This document shows, piece after piece, positions 54,316 through 63,194 of a DNA stretch of 64,000 nt (the stretch's first letter is position 1; every line of letters starts with the position of its first letter). Source of the DNA: Oscillospiraceae bacterium (GTDB taxonomy: Bacteria; Bacillota; Clostridia; Oscillospirales; SIG627); NCBI GenBank assembly GCA_015065085.1, contig SVQW01000001.1, positions 21,750 through 85,749 on the forward strand, in the 5' to 3' direction. Made by a program: the position numbers and the translations under genes. The notes under the pieces are model-generated. The model searched no databases. It was given only the letters and a program-made list of their open reading frames with translations, and was not told the origin of the DNA.

Positions 54316-55077
54316 GTGAGCGGTATGCGAATGGTTCTTTTGACGGCTCTCGGAGTCGGCGGAGCCACTGTTGTGGGCTCTGTGATAGGATTTATTTTCA
54401 AAAAAATTTCACATAAATTTTCAGATATAGTTCTCTCTTTTGCGGCGGGTGTAATGCTTGCCGCAGCTGTGCTGGGGCTTGTATTACCTTCTGTTGAATA
54501 CGGCGGTAAATACGGTCTTATAGTTACTGTGGTCGGGATTTTTGCAGGAGGCTTGTGCCTTAATCTTATTGATAAGCTGGTTCCCCATCTCCATAAGCTT
54601 ATGGGAGCTGATACCGAAGCACATAATAATGCCAATATAAATAAGGTGCTTCTTTTCGTTACGGCTATTGCAATACATAATCTCCCGGAGGGTATCGCCG
54701 CAGGCGTGGGATTTGGTTCGGGTAATGCTTCCGAGGCATTGCTTATCGCGGGCGGTATTGCATTGCAGAATATCCCCGAGGGTATGGTTATAATCGGCCC
54801 CATGCTTGCCGCAGGAATACCTCCCGTACGCACATTTTTATGCGCGGCGGTAACAGGACTTGTTGAGGTTGTGGGAACGCTTTTGGGTTATTTTGCCGTC
54901 AGCCTTTCTTCGGCGGTGTTGCCCTTTGCGCTGGCGTTTGCGGGCGGAACGATGCTTTATGTAATAAGCGACGAAATGATTCCCGAAACTCACGCCCATG
55001 GCAACGAACGTGGCGCAACCTATGCACTTCTCACAGGATTCTGCCTGATGCTGGTTTTTGACATATTGCTTGGATAA
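54316..55077 (+). CDS. ZIP-family divalent metal (Zn2+) transporter, ZupT-like
   Basis: AIHNLPEGIAAG and LQNIPEGM motifs. About 8 TM segments. Confidence 0.85.
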   Translation: MSGMRMVLLTALGVGGATVVGSVIGFIFKKISHKFSDIVLSFAAGVMLAAAVLGLVLPSVEYGGKYGLIVTVVGIFAGGLCLNLIDKLVPHLHKLMGADTEAHNNANINKVLLFVTAIAIHNLPEGIAAGVGFGSGNASEALLIAGGIALQNIPEGMVIIGPMLAAGIPPVRTFLCAAVTGLVEVVGTLLGYFAVSLSSAVLPFALAFAGGTMLYVISDEMIPETHAHGNERGATYALLTGFCLMLVFDILLG

Positions 55078-55090
55078 ACAAATTAAATAA

Positions 55091-55126
55091 AAAGAAGTTC
55101 AGAAGCATAGCTCCTGAACTTCTTTT
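55091..55126. terminator. Bidirectional terminator (AAAGAAGTTCAG...CTGAACTTCTTT)
   Basis: 12-bp stem flanked by A and T runs, between convergent genes. Confidence 0.75.
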
Positions 55127-55140
55127 TATGTGTTTGCAAA

Positions 55141-55380
55141 TTATTTAAGAACCTTAAGATAATCCAGCACAGATAACACAATGCCGATAAACACATAAAG
55201 CTCAACAAGACCGCCGACAGCACCTATTATAACGCCGAGAATGGGTAAATGAGCAAGTATGCCGATAATTGCTCCTATTACTGCACCAACGACAACGTAA
55301 ATAATAAGATTGATTACAAGAGCGGTGATGTTATTCTTTACGGTAAAGGAAAACGGAAAAAACTTTTTAAGCATATCCAT
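55141..55380 (-). CDS. Small hydrophobic membrane protein (79 aa)
   Basis: I place the start at MDMLKKFFPF (AAAGAGGTG RBS). Two Gly/Ile/Val-rich TM helices. Confidence 0.6.
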   Translation of the reverse strand: MDMLKKFFPFSFTVKNNITALVINLIIYVVVGAVIGAIIGILAHLPILGVIIGAVGGLVELYVFIGIVLSVLDYLKVLK

Positions 55381-55466
55381 TTTTAACACCTCTTTAACAT
55401 AATATGTAGTACCGTGAACATTGTACCATAATAATCGAAAAAAATCAATACTATAACCGGATTTTG

Positions 55467-58118
55467 TCAATTTCTGTATTTTTTGCAGAAAGCACATTCC
55501 GGCTTGTCGCAAAGAGTGACGTTTTTATCCTCTTCAAAAAGCTTCATGCCTATTTCGTAGAGTGGTTTCAGCTCCATGTGGTACAGATAGCCCGCCACCA
55601 ACGGCTCTTTTTGAATTTCAAGACCACGCGCCACTGCACGGTTGTAGAACTTGACCTTTGTTATGTCGGGTGTGTAAAAATCACGGCAACCGGGCAGATG
55701 CTTGTGTATCAGCTCGGTGTATACATTTCCGTCCTCTCGCTCTATTTGCACAATGGCATTTTGCAGATATTTTCCGTTTGCACGGTCTTCAAGAAAATGA
55801 ATAAAGGTGTTTGATGCAGGAGAGCATCCGAAGAAAACAACCTTTCCGCCAAGTTCAAGCGCTTTTGCCATGGGACTGTTTTCGTCTGCCGGCGGGTCTA
55901 ATAATCCTTGAGATGAGAGACAGTAATCAGCTTTGTCGCCAAACCCGCACCATGAGTGAGTGGAGTGAGCGCTTCTTTTCACGCCGTTGCGTCTCAATGC
56001 TGTCTGAGGGACAGAACCGGTCCAGACGGAATCAATATTCCGCGGAGAGTAGGGTCGGAAGTTGATGGATTTATTGTGTGTGCCGTCAAAGCCTGCAAAT
56101 GAATAATTGAATGTGGGAAACAGTACAGCACCCTCTTTTCCTACTGCTTCGCAAAATGCATCGATTATGGTATTTTCGCCGCCCGTGACATGACCACATC
56201 CCGAAAGCGAGGAATGAACAAGAACAACGTCACCTTTTTTTATGCCGAATTTATCAAGAACGGTTTTTATATCATTCTTACCGATGGGGTTTTTATTTTG
56301 TATACTTATGTATCCGCAATCGGAAAGGTACAGCGTTGCATTGATAATGTTTCGTATTTCCTTTTCAGTCATCTCGGCGCCGTTTTCCCATATGGCTCCG
56401 GTGATAAGCTGAGCAAGGTCGCGCTTGCCGTCCATTGCGGAAAGAACTATACTAAACGGGCCGTAAAGTGAACTTGTGGGGAGAAGTCTTTTACCTTTTC
56501 TTGCTTTTATAAGGTCATAAGGCAAGCCGGTTGTAAGACGAGTGGGAATTATGCCGCGTGCGTATTCAAGCCACGGCGATGTCAGAGAGTCCTTTTTGAC
56601 CTCGGGCATAGTCAGTGAGTTTACAGCGTCGCTGATTTCGGGTAAGTTTGCTATGTTGGCAAAATTCTTTATATGCCGTACTTCCGCTTCCATGAAGAAT
56701 TTTATTCTGGATTCGGAATTGTCGGTCTTTGCTTCGTTGTTGATACGCTGCTGAGCAAGCTTTTGTGCTTCGTGCAAATAGTATTTGAGGTCATCCTTTG
56801 TTACCGAGGCTGTTTTATATAACCACAGCGCAATAAGCGACTGCATACGTTTTATCTTTTCTTCACTTAACAGTTCCATAGTCTGTGCTGAATTGTGCCA
56901 GTATTTGGGCAAGTTGGTAACATCTCTGATAGGCCATACGGTAGGTACACCTACTGTACTGTCGCCGAGAGACATATCGTCCATGTAATCGTAATGAGTT
57001 TCGGTGATAAGCTCTTTGCCGAACAGCTCGCCGAATGAACGGCATATAAGCTGAAGAATGTAATTGCCATAAAAGGGCGATGCCGCAGGAGTGAGCTGAA
57101 GTGCAATCTTGTCTTCGTGCTTCATTACAGGCATTGCATCTACATTTATAGCTCCCAATACTTTGTTGTGAAGAGCACCGCCGAAATAGTCTGCCACTGC
57201 CGCAAATCCGTACAATTCCATGGCAAACACAGCACGTACAGAGTACTCAAGCTGATTGCTTTCGGAAAGTCTTCGCACATCACGTAGTGCGTTGATAAGC
57301 GTCATGACACCCACGGAGTTGTCACTTGCAAGCGGTTCGTAGAGATGAGCAAAAGCCCAGACTTCCTTTTTGCTTTTTCCGGGAATCAAAGCTGTTACGG
57401 CATTGATTTCACCCTCATATCTTACGCCGTCCGATTCAACCAAAACCTCAACAGCACCCACGTTTACTGCATATCGCAGGATACGTCCGTTGGCGGGGGT
57501 GATGGCAAAAGCGATAAAATCACGGTCTTCGCACTGAACATGCCAGTGATATCCGTCATCCGTTGCGGCGCTGGACCAGTGGACAGCATGTTGTTCGTAC
57601 TCAGCAGGGGAAAGATAATCTGTAATAAATCCCAAAGCACCCAGATCGAGAATTGCGGAAATAGTGCTTGAAGAAGGCTTTTTTTCGGACTCCAGGAGCA
57701 CCAGCGTTCCCTTACAGTCAACTCCCGAAAATGCCTGCGCCTGGGTGATAACTCTTGTTCTTATACCACCCTCGGGAGTGCTGACAGAATGCTTTACCAA
57801 AGAAAAAGGCATCTTTTCATAGTCGGCGATTACCGGATCCTTTAATTCCTTCACTTCGGAAATAACAGTCAGCCTTCCCTTTGTGGCTTTCCAGGCGAGG
57901 GGAGTTCGCTTGTCCTGATAAACTGTTTTTCCGTCTGCGGGAAAGGTCAGCATTTGCGTATCAAAACCTTCGCTTTTCAGAAGATTATACACATAGTTCG
58001 CCGATTTTGCATAGCTCTCAAAGGTTTGCGGAAATTCCAGCTCATAAAGCTCTTTTGTATGCTTCATTACCCAGGAAGAATCGGAACAATCGTAAATATA
58101 CTTTAAAAGGTCGGTCAT
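55467..58118 (-). CDS. Fusion protein (883 aa): N-terminal ~610-aa aminopeptidase-like (M28/DUF4910-like) region with a winged-helix-like segment, plus a C-terminal AAC(3)-family N-acetyltransferase domain
   Basis: I place the start at MTDLLKY (AAGGAG, 6 nt, ATG 58118). C-terminal AAC(3) motifs are GDVVLVHSSLSGCG, AVLFPTFNYS, SAHSTHSWCGFG and FFGCSPASNTFIHFLED. The N-terminal region has an M28-like AHLYEPLASDNSVG segment. Confidence 0.75.
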   Translation of the reverse strand: MTDLLKYIYDCSDSSWVMKHTKELYELEFPQTFESYAKSANYVYNLLKSEGFDTQMLTFPADGKTVYQDKRTPLAWKATKGRLTVISEVKELKDPVIADYEKMPFSLVKHSVSTPEGGIRTRVITQAQAFSGVDCKGTLVLLESEKKPSSSTISAILDLGALGFITDYLSPAEYEQHAVHWSSAATDDGYHWHVQCEDRDFIAFAITPANGRILRYAVNVGAVEVLVESDGVRYEGEINAVTALIPGKSKKEVWAFAHLYEPLASDNSVGVMTLINALRDVRRLSESNQLEYSVRAVFAMELYGFAAVADYFGGALHNKVLGAINVDAMPVMKHEDKIALQLTPAASPFYGNYILQLICRSFGELFGKELITETHYDYMDDMSLGDSTVGVPTVWPIRDVTNLPKYWHNSAQTMELLSEEKIKRMQSLIALWLYKTASVTKDDLKYYLHEAQKLAQQRINNEAKTDNSESRIKFFMEAEVRHIKNFANIANLPEISDAVNSLTMPEVKKDSLTSPWLEYARGIIPTRLTTGLPYDLIKARKGKRLLPTSSLYGPFSIVLSAMDGKRDLAQLITGAIWENGAEMTEKEIRNIINATLYLSDCGYISIQNKNPIGKNDIKTVLDKFGIKKGDVVLVHSSLSGCGHVTGGENTIIDAFCEAVGKEGAVLFPTFNYSFAGFDGTHNKSINFRPYSPRNIDSVWTGSVPQTALRRNGVKRSAHSTHSWCGFGDKADYCLSSQGLLDPPADENSPMAKALELGGKVVFFGCSPASNTFIHFLEDRANGKYLQNAIVQIEREDGNVYTELIHKHLPGCRDFYTPDITKVKFYNRAVARGLEIQKEPLVAGYLYHMELKPLYEIGMKLFEEDKNVTLCDKPECAFCKKYRN

Positions 58119-58157
58119 AACAAACTCCTTATTATCAATAGAAGTATCATACGTGTA

Positions 58158-58186
58158 ATTATACAAAAACTTCAATGAAAAGTCAA
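58158..58186 (-). promoter_or_regulatory. Promoter TTGACT-17-TATAAT for the fusion gene
   Basis: Reverse complement reads TTGACTTTTCATTGAAGTTTTTGTATAAT. Confidence 0.55.
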
Positions 58187-58216
58187 TGCATATTTAAATA
58201 TATACATACTGTATAT

Positions 58217-58256
58217 TAAAAAATATGCTCGGCTTAAAATCGAAGCCGAGCATATT
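58217..58256 (-). terminator. Strong intrinsic terminator after the stand-alone AAC(3)-family gene
   Basis: On the - strand, AATATGCTCGGCTT-CGATTTT-AAGCCGAGCATATT is followed by TTTTTT. Confidence 0.85.
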
Positions 58257-59054
58257 TTATTTACATGTATTATAAAATTTTGCTATCTCTTCCGGTACAT
58301 CCACAAAGAAAAAAGTATCGGTTTTCATTTTTGCAACAGCCTTTTCCTGCAGTATCTCCGAACGGAATAAATAAGAAACAGCACCGTGAATTTCTCCGAC
58401 AAAATAGTCTGTTCCCTCGTTGAGAACATCAATGGCACGGTCATATCTCTGTACTATTTTACCCTCAGGACGCACAAAATTGTGACGGTGGATACCTTTC
58501 ATAGTAACATTGCCGTTTTCGTCGGTCATTTTGTAGGTCTGCATGCTATCCGTTAAAGCATAGCATGCATCTGCTACCTCTTCAAGTGCATGGAGAAAAG
58601 AGTTACTTTTGGTGCTGCATCCGAGAAGCAGTATTTTTGCTTTGTATGCGGGCAATTTGCGGTAAGGCGAATTTACTCCCATAGGGGTGTCGTCCTCTCC
58701 GTGATTTTTTACAAAATCAGCAGCATGCTTTCCCCTTGCGCAAACCGAGTGCGTGGGATGAAAGCTTCTGAGTACACCGGGATTGTGGCGGAACGTTTCG
58801 GCAATTTTACCTATACACACGGGGGTGTCGTTTACACTAAATTCCGAGTCCGCGTATGCTGTACTGTAAGTGAAAGCAGGGAAAAGAACTGTGCCCTCTT
58901 CGCCCACAACCTCGGTCAATGCGTCAATTACAGTTTGAGCACCGCCTTCTACATAGCCCATAGAACTCAGTGAGGAATGTACAATAACAGAATCACCTTT
59001 GTTAAGACCCAAAGAAATCAAATCATTGCAGATTGTTTTAAAAGAATTATTCAT
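58257..59054 (-). CDS. AAC(3)-family N-acetyltransferase (stand-alone, 265 aa)
   Basis: GDSVIVHSSLSSMG, TVLFPAFTYS, SFHPTHSVCARG and LLGCSTKSNSFLHALEE. These are the same motif set as in the fusion's C-terminal domain. Confidence 0.85.
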   Translation of the reverse strand: MNNSFKTICNDLISLGLNKGDSVIVHSSLSSMGYVEGGAQTVIDALTEVVGEEGTVLFPAFTYSTAYADSEFSVNDTPVCIGKIAETFRHNPGVLRSFHPTHSVCARGKHAADFVKNHGEDDTPMGVNSPYRKLPAYKAKILLLGCSTKSNSFLHALEEVADACYALTDSMQTYKMTDENGNVTMKGIHRHNFVRPEGKIVQRYDRAIDVLNEGTDYFVGEIHGAVSYLFRSEILQEKAVAKMKTDTFFFVDVPEEIAKFYNTCK

Positions 59055-59090
59055 AGATTGAACCTCATAACATTAATTTATGCAATGAAT

Positions 59091-59119
59091 ATTATAACAT
59101 ATCCTTATGAAAACGTCAA
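59091..59119 (-). promoter_or_regulatory. Promoter TTGACG-17-TATAAT for the stand-alone AAC(3)-family gene
   Basis: Reverse complement reads TTGACGTTTTCATAAGGATATGTTATAAT. Confidence 0.55.
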
Positions 59120-59169
59120 TCATTTTGCACTATAATTTTGCAAAAAAGTAATTCCTTGACTTTGTAGCT

Positions 59170-60210
59170 TTAACTCAGATATATAACTTTTTTTGTACGG
59201 CTGGACTCATATGCTGCAAGAATTATATCTACCGGCTTTTTACCCTCATAAATATCCACAACCGGAGGTCTGTCATCGCGAATGGCTTCCACCAGGTCGG
59301 CAAGCTGTTTTTTATGGTTTGTCGTGGCAAGAGCCGCGGGGTCGTTAAAGCTCTTGGTTCCGGAGCAGATGGTTGCGGAAGCCGGCGGTTCATATCCCTC
59401 AACGTCCCAGGTGGTGATAACAGCCTCGGTAAGTATAACAGTACCCTTCGTTCCGCTGATTTCCATTCTGCGCGGGTATCCGGGAGATACAGAGGTAGTG
59501 CCCTGTATTGTGCCGATAGCGCCATTTTCGTATTCAAGCACCAGATTTGCCGTGTCCTCGACCTCGATATCGCGTACAAGTGTCTTGCAGACACCGTACA
59601 CTGATTTTACGGGGCCCATAAGATACTGCAGAATGTCAATGCCGTGTATGCCCTGATTCATGAGTGCTCCGCCGCCGTCCATTGCCCAGGTGCCTTTCCA
59701 GCTTGAAGATGAGTAGTACTCGGATGAACGATAATACTTCATATAAACATCGCCCAGTATAAGGTCTCCCAACGCACCGCATTCAATGGCATTTTTTACG
59801 TGATTTATTGCTTCGGAAAATCTAAACTGGGAAATTACCGCGCCTTTGACATTGTTTTTCTCGCAAGCGGCAATAACCTCGGAAATCTGTTCCTTTGTTA
59901 TGGCAAATGGTTTTTCTACGGCAAAGTGCTTGCCCGCAAGAGCGACCTTGACGGCAATAGAGGCATGAAGCCCACTGGGAGTGCAAATACATACGGCTTC
60001 AATATCATCGCAGGCAAGCATTTCATCAACCGAATCAAATGTTCTGCAACCGTATTTTGCGGCAAATCTTGATGCGTTCTGTAAATTGACATCGGTAACA
60101 CCGATAAGCTGTGCATCATCAATCCCGGTAATGCTGTCGGCGTGCCAGTTTGCAATGAGTCCGCAACCAATAATGCCAAAGCCGCATTTTTTATTCATAA
60201 CGCCCGACAT
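59170..60210 (-). CDS. Gfo/Idh/MocA-family NAD(P)-dependent sugar oxidoreductase (WbpB-like pattern)
   Basis: GIIGCGLIANWH Rossmann motif, the EKP motif (FAVEKPFA), and WKGTWAMDGGGALMNQGIHGIDILQYLMG. The start overlaps the upstream stop (TAATG). Confidence 0.85.
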   Translation of the reverse strand: MSGVMNKKCGFGIIGCGLIANWHADSITGIDDAQLIGVTDVNLQNASRFAAKYGCRTFDSVDEMLACDDIEAVCICTPSGLHASIAVKVALAGKHFAVEKPFAITKEQISEVIAACEKNNVKGAVISQFRFSEAINHVKNAIECGALGDLILGDVYMKYYRSSEYYSSSSWKGTWAMDGGGALMNQGIHGIDILQYLMGPVKSVYGVCKTLVRDIEVEDTANLVLEYENGAIGTIQGTTSVSPGYPRRMEISGTKGTVILTEAVITTWDVEGYEPPASATICSGTKSFNDPAALATTNHKKQLADLVEAIRDDRPPVVDIYEGKKPVDIILAAYESSRTKKVIYLS

Positions 60211-61202
60211 TATGCCATCTTAGCCAGGTCGGCAAGATTTACTTCAGCCGCCATCTTTTCACCCTTGTCAAGACGTTCGAGCTCTTCGCATACGTGAAGC
60301 GCAATTCTTCTCAGACCGTTTGTTGCGGTTCCTGCAATATGAGGTGTGAGAATAACGTTGTCAAGAAATCTCAGCTCGTTGTCTTCTGCGGGCGGTTCGG
60401 GATTGGTAACGTCAAGACAGGCAAATATTCTGCCTTTTTTAAGTTCATCAATAAGGTCTTGTTCGTTGATTATTGCACCGCGTGCTGTGTTGATAAGAAC
60501 TGCACCGTCCTTCATGAGAGCAAGGTTGCCCTTATGTATCATGTCATTTGTAGCGGGAATGGAGGGAGCATGGATAGTTACAACATCGCTGACTCTCATA
60601 AGCTCATCGAGTTCAACCTTCTGAGCACCGATTTCGGCAATTTGCTCCGCGGAAAGGATAGGGTCGTACATAAGGATGTCAACATGGAAATTTTTGAGAA
60701 GCTTAACCATGTGACGGCCTACGTAACCTCCGCTGATAACACCTATTTTTATGTCATAAAAGTCGGTTACAACATTGACGTTTTCGCGCCAGATTTTGTT
60801 TTTGGTGTCGCGGCTGAGCTGATAGAACGCCTTGCAGGCGGAAATCGCAAAGCCCAGCGCGGTTTCCGCAACACCTTCGCCGATAGCGCAAGCGGAGCCG
60901 GTTACTCTGATTTTCTTTTCAATCAGTTCATCCGAAACAACGGGTTTTACGCTTCCTGCGGCATGAAGCACCGCCTTGAGGTTTGGACATGCATCAAGAA
61001 TCTTTTGGTCAATTTTCGGAGAAGACCAGGAGGTAACAATTACTTCCGCGCCTTTAACAAAGTCCAGATAATCCTGTTCGTTTTCAAAGCCTTCTTTGTC
61101 GTATATGCAAAGCTCACCGCATTTTCTCATTCTTTCAAAATATTTATCGGAAAAAATGGTATTGCGGTATTTTTCATTTACCAATAAAGCTATTTTTTTC
61201 AT
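60210..61202 (-). CDS. D-isomer-specific 2-hydroxyacid dehydrogenase family protein
   Basis: NAD motif IGVISGGYVGRHMV, then LINTARGAIINEQDL and TPHIAG. Confidence 0.85.
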   Translation of the reverse strand: MKKIALLVNEKYRNTIFSDKYFERMRKCGELCIYDKEGFENEQDYLDFVKGAEVIVTSWSSPKIDQKILDACPNLKAVLHAAGSVKPVVSDELIEKKIRVTGSACAIGEGVAETALGFAISACKAFYQLSRDTKNKIWRENVNVVTDFYDIKIGVISGGYVGRHMVKLLKNFHVDILMYDPILSAEQIAEIGAQKVELDELMRVSDVVTIHAPSIPATNDMIHKGNLALMKDGAVLINTARGAIINEQDLIDELKKGRIFACLDVTNPEPPAEDNELRFLDNVILTPHIAGTATNGLRRIALHVCEELERLDKGEKMAAEVNLADLAKMA

Positions 61203-61212
61203 TTTTTACTCC

Positions 61213-62154
61213 TTAATCTTTGTATGTAATTGCGGCACCTGTGCCGTATTTCTTTTCGAATTCGTAACCGTCAAATTTGTCGTTTTCATCCAACATATCG
61301 ATGGATACCCATTGACCGTTCAGAGTGTCCCTGGATTTTTTGCCGCACAACATTGCGTGAGTGCAGTTTATAAGTGTTTCAACGTCTGTCATAATGTTAG
61401 ACTTGCCGTTGAACTTTTTGTATATTTCACGCAGCATTGTAACGTAAAGCTGACTGCTGTCAACCACAATGCTGAATGTGCCTTTGGTGGTCATTATGTT
61501 TATGTGGAAAGGCTGCCATTTGCCTATGGTTATGTGGTATGTGCCCAGTATGCCGTTTTCAAATTGAACGTTGTAAACCTCGCACTTGAGTTCGGTATCG
61601 GAGGTTCCGACGTGCTTTGTTCTTACTGCCTTGGACTGAGCCAGAGCGGAAAGAATTTCCATTACGTGTATACCGTAGTTGAACTCATCCACACCGCAGG
61701 TGGCATAAATTGAAACTATTTCGCCTCTTTCTTCCACGGGCTTTGCGAGAAAGCTCTGGATTTCACTGCAATATCTTGCGGAAGATGATCCGTAGATAAC
61801 AGCTCCGTTTTTAACAAGTACGCGAAGTCTTTCTATATCCTTCATGCTTCCGACAATAGGCTTGTCGATAAACACAGGTTTTCCTTTTTCAATAAATGGC
61901 ATTGCCTGGTCAAGATGTTTCTCCCAGTTGCAGGACTGAATAAATCCTATATCAACCTTGTCAACCATATCGCCGATATTTTTAACTATGCCTGCAAGAC
62001 CGAATCTGTTTTTAAACCATTCGGCTTCATCGTCGCCTCTGAAACTTTCCTTGCACATATATTCGTATTTCATGTCCATGCAATATTTCTCAAACTGTGT
62101 TGCAAATCCGAGCGGGTGGGAAACGTCAATGCTTACAAGACCTATTTTAATCAT
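61213..62154 (-). CDS. Gfo/Idh/MocA-like protein with a degenerate dinucleotide-binding motif
   Basis: The fold-level pattern is retained (PVFIDKPIV in place of EKP, C-terminal alpha/beta domain), but the N-terminus reads IKIGLVSIDVSHPLGF instead of GxGxxG. I prefer the ATG at 62154 (8 nt after AAAGGA) over 62160. Confidence 0.65.
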   Translation of the reverse strand: MIKIGLVSIDVSHPLGFATQFEKYCMDMKYEYMCKESFRGDDEAEWFKNRFGLAGIVKNIGDMVDKVDIGFIQSCNWEKHLDQAMPFIEKGKPVFIDKPIVGSMKDIERLRVLVKNGAVIYGSSSARYCSEIQSFLAKPVEERGEIVSIYATCGVDEFNYGIHVMEILSALAQSKAVRTKHVGTSDTELKCEVYNVQFENGILGTYHITIGKWQPFHINIMTTKGTFSIVVDSSQLYVTMLREIYKKFNGKSNIMTDVETLINCTHAMLCGKKSRDTLNGQWVSIDMLDENDKFDGYEFEKKYGTGAAITYKD

Positions 62155-62194
62155 AATCATAATCCTTTCTTGATGTAAACGGTTTCACTCTTAA

Positions 62195-62223
62195 ATTATA
62201 CGACGATTGCTATGCTTTTTCAA
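62195..62223 (-). promoter_or_regulatory. Promoter TTGAAA-17-TATAAT for the three-gene oxidoreductase operon
   Basis: Reverse complement reads TTGAAAAAGCATAGCAATCGTCGTATAAT. Confidence 0.5.
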
Positions 62224-62274
62224 GGTGTAAAATAGTCTTAATTTTTATGTAAAAAACAAATTGAACACAGGCTA

Positions 62275-62303
62275 TTGACAAAGCGTCATAAAAAAGATAA
62301 AAT
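62275..62303 (+). promoter_or_regulatory. Promoter TTGACA-17-TAAAAT for the AraC-family gene (divergent from the operon promoter)
   Basis: TTGACAAAGCGTCATAAAAAAGATAAAAT. Confidence 0.45.
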
Positions 62304-62372
62304 TATAAAACAGACAGAAAGGGTGTGAGGTTTTTGGATAATTTCGGAATAGATATCCTGGAGTGTTTCCGT

Positions 62373-63179
62373 ATGGATTACGAGGGGTATGGTGTCGCCC
62401 CCAAAAATTACAAAAAGTGCAGGCTTCATGCACACAGCTTTTATCAGTATTTGTATGTAGCTGAGTGCAACAATGCCGTTATTGCCATTGATAATGAGCT
62501 TATGCCGATAGTACCAAATGCACTTTATCTGATAAAGCCATCTGTTCAGCATGCCGTTTTCGGAAGACAGAAGCTAAAGACAATTGAATTGAAGTTCCAT
62601 CTTAATAACCCTTATCTCGAAGACATAGCACGGATGCTTCCTGCCGTTCTTCTCACCCAGGGCTCACAGGTTGGAGATATACTCAGCCGTCTTATCAGTG
62701 AGTATAAAAATTCCTCATTTAACGACCCTATGTTTTATATAAAATTCTATGAACTTCTCCTTGTACTCAATCGCCTTGGCGGACTTGCGGACGGAAAATG
62801 CCTGAAATTCAAGGATTACATAACACTTTACAACGAGTCTCTCAGAAGTCTTATTTCCTTTATGTACGACAATTATTCAAGGCACATTTCGCTTGAAGAA
62901 ATGGCAGGAATAGTTCACTTTGAAAAGAACTATTTTATAAAAGCATTTAAAAACGAGTTTAACTGTACCCCTATGCAGTTTCTTAATATCATACGTGCTA
63001 ACCGCGCCATGAATCTTCTTGAATACACAGACAATTCCATAGAAACCATAGCGCGTGATACGGGATTTGCAAGCGTAGCGTCTCTTACTAATTTTTTTCG
63101 CACAAATTTCAATATAACACCTACCGAGCACAGGGTAAAGCATCGTGAGGCCATAAAACAAAAAAACAATACTGTCTGA
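62373..63179 (+). CDS. AraC-family transcriptional regulator (cupin-like sensor plus 2x HTH)
   Basis: C-terminal HTH region ISLEEMAGIVHFEKNYFIKAFKNEFNCTPMQFLNIIRANRAMNLL...IARDTGFASVASLTNFFR. I prefer the ATG at 62373 (GGAG 9 nt upstream). The ORF is open from the GTG at 62325. Confidence 0.85.
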   Translation: MDYEGYGVAPKNYKKCRLHAHSFYQYLYVAECNNAVIAIDNELMPIVPNALYLIKPSVQHAVFGRQKLKTIELKFHLNNPYLEDIARMLPAVLLTQGSQVGDILSRLISEYKNSSFNDPMFYIKFYELLLVLNRLGGLADGKCLKFKDYITLYNESLRSLISFMYDNYSRHISLEEMAGIVHFEKNYFIKAFKNEFNCTPMQFLNIIRANRAMNLLEYTDNSIETIARDTGFASVASLTNFFRTNFNITPTEHRVKHREAIKQKNNTV

Positions 63180-63194
63180 CCTATGGAGGTAAAA

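Noticed and set aside
58257-59054. Calling the stand-alone AAC(3)-family gene a bona fide aminoglycoside-resistance determinant (aacC).
   Set aside because: Family motifs are present, but substrate specificity cannot be read from the sequence. There is no mobile-element context, and many Clostridia carry chromosomal AAC(3)-family genes of unknown role. I left it as a family-level call.
60294-61187. A 297-aa plus-strand ORF. The same applies to 61096-61713, 15795-16481, 49926-50690 and 11218-11719.
   Set aside because: All are antisense to genes with clear family signatures (2-hydroxyacid dehydrogenase, Gfo-like, NuoF-like, lipoprotein, SecG). They have low-complexity or Cys/Phe/Val-rich translations and no start context.
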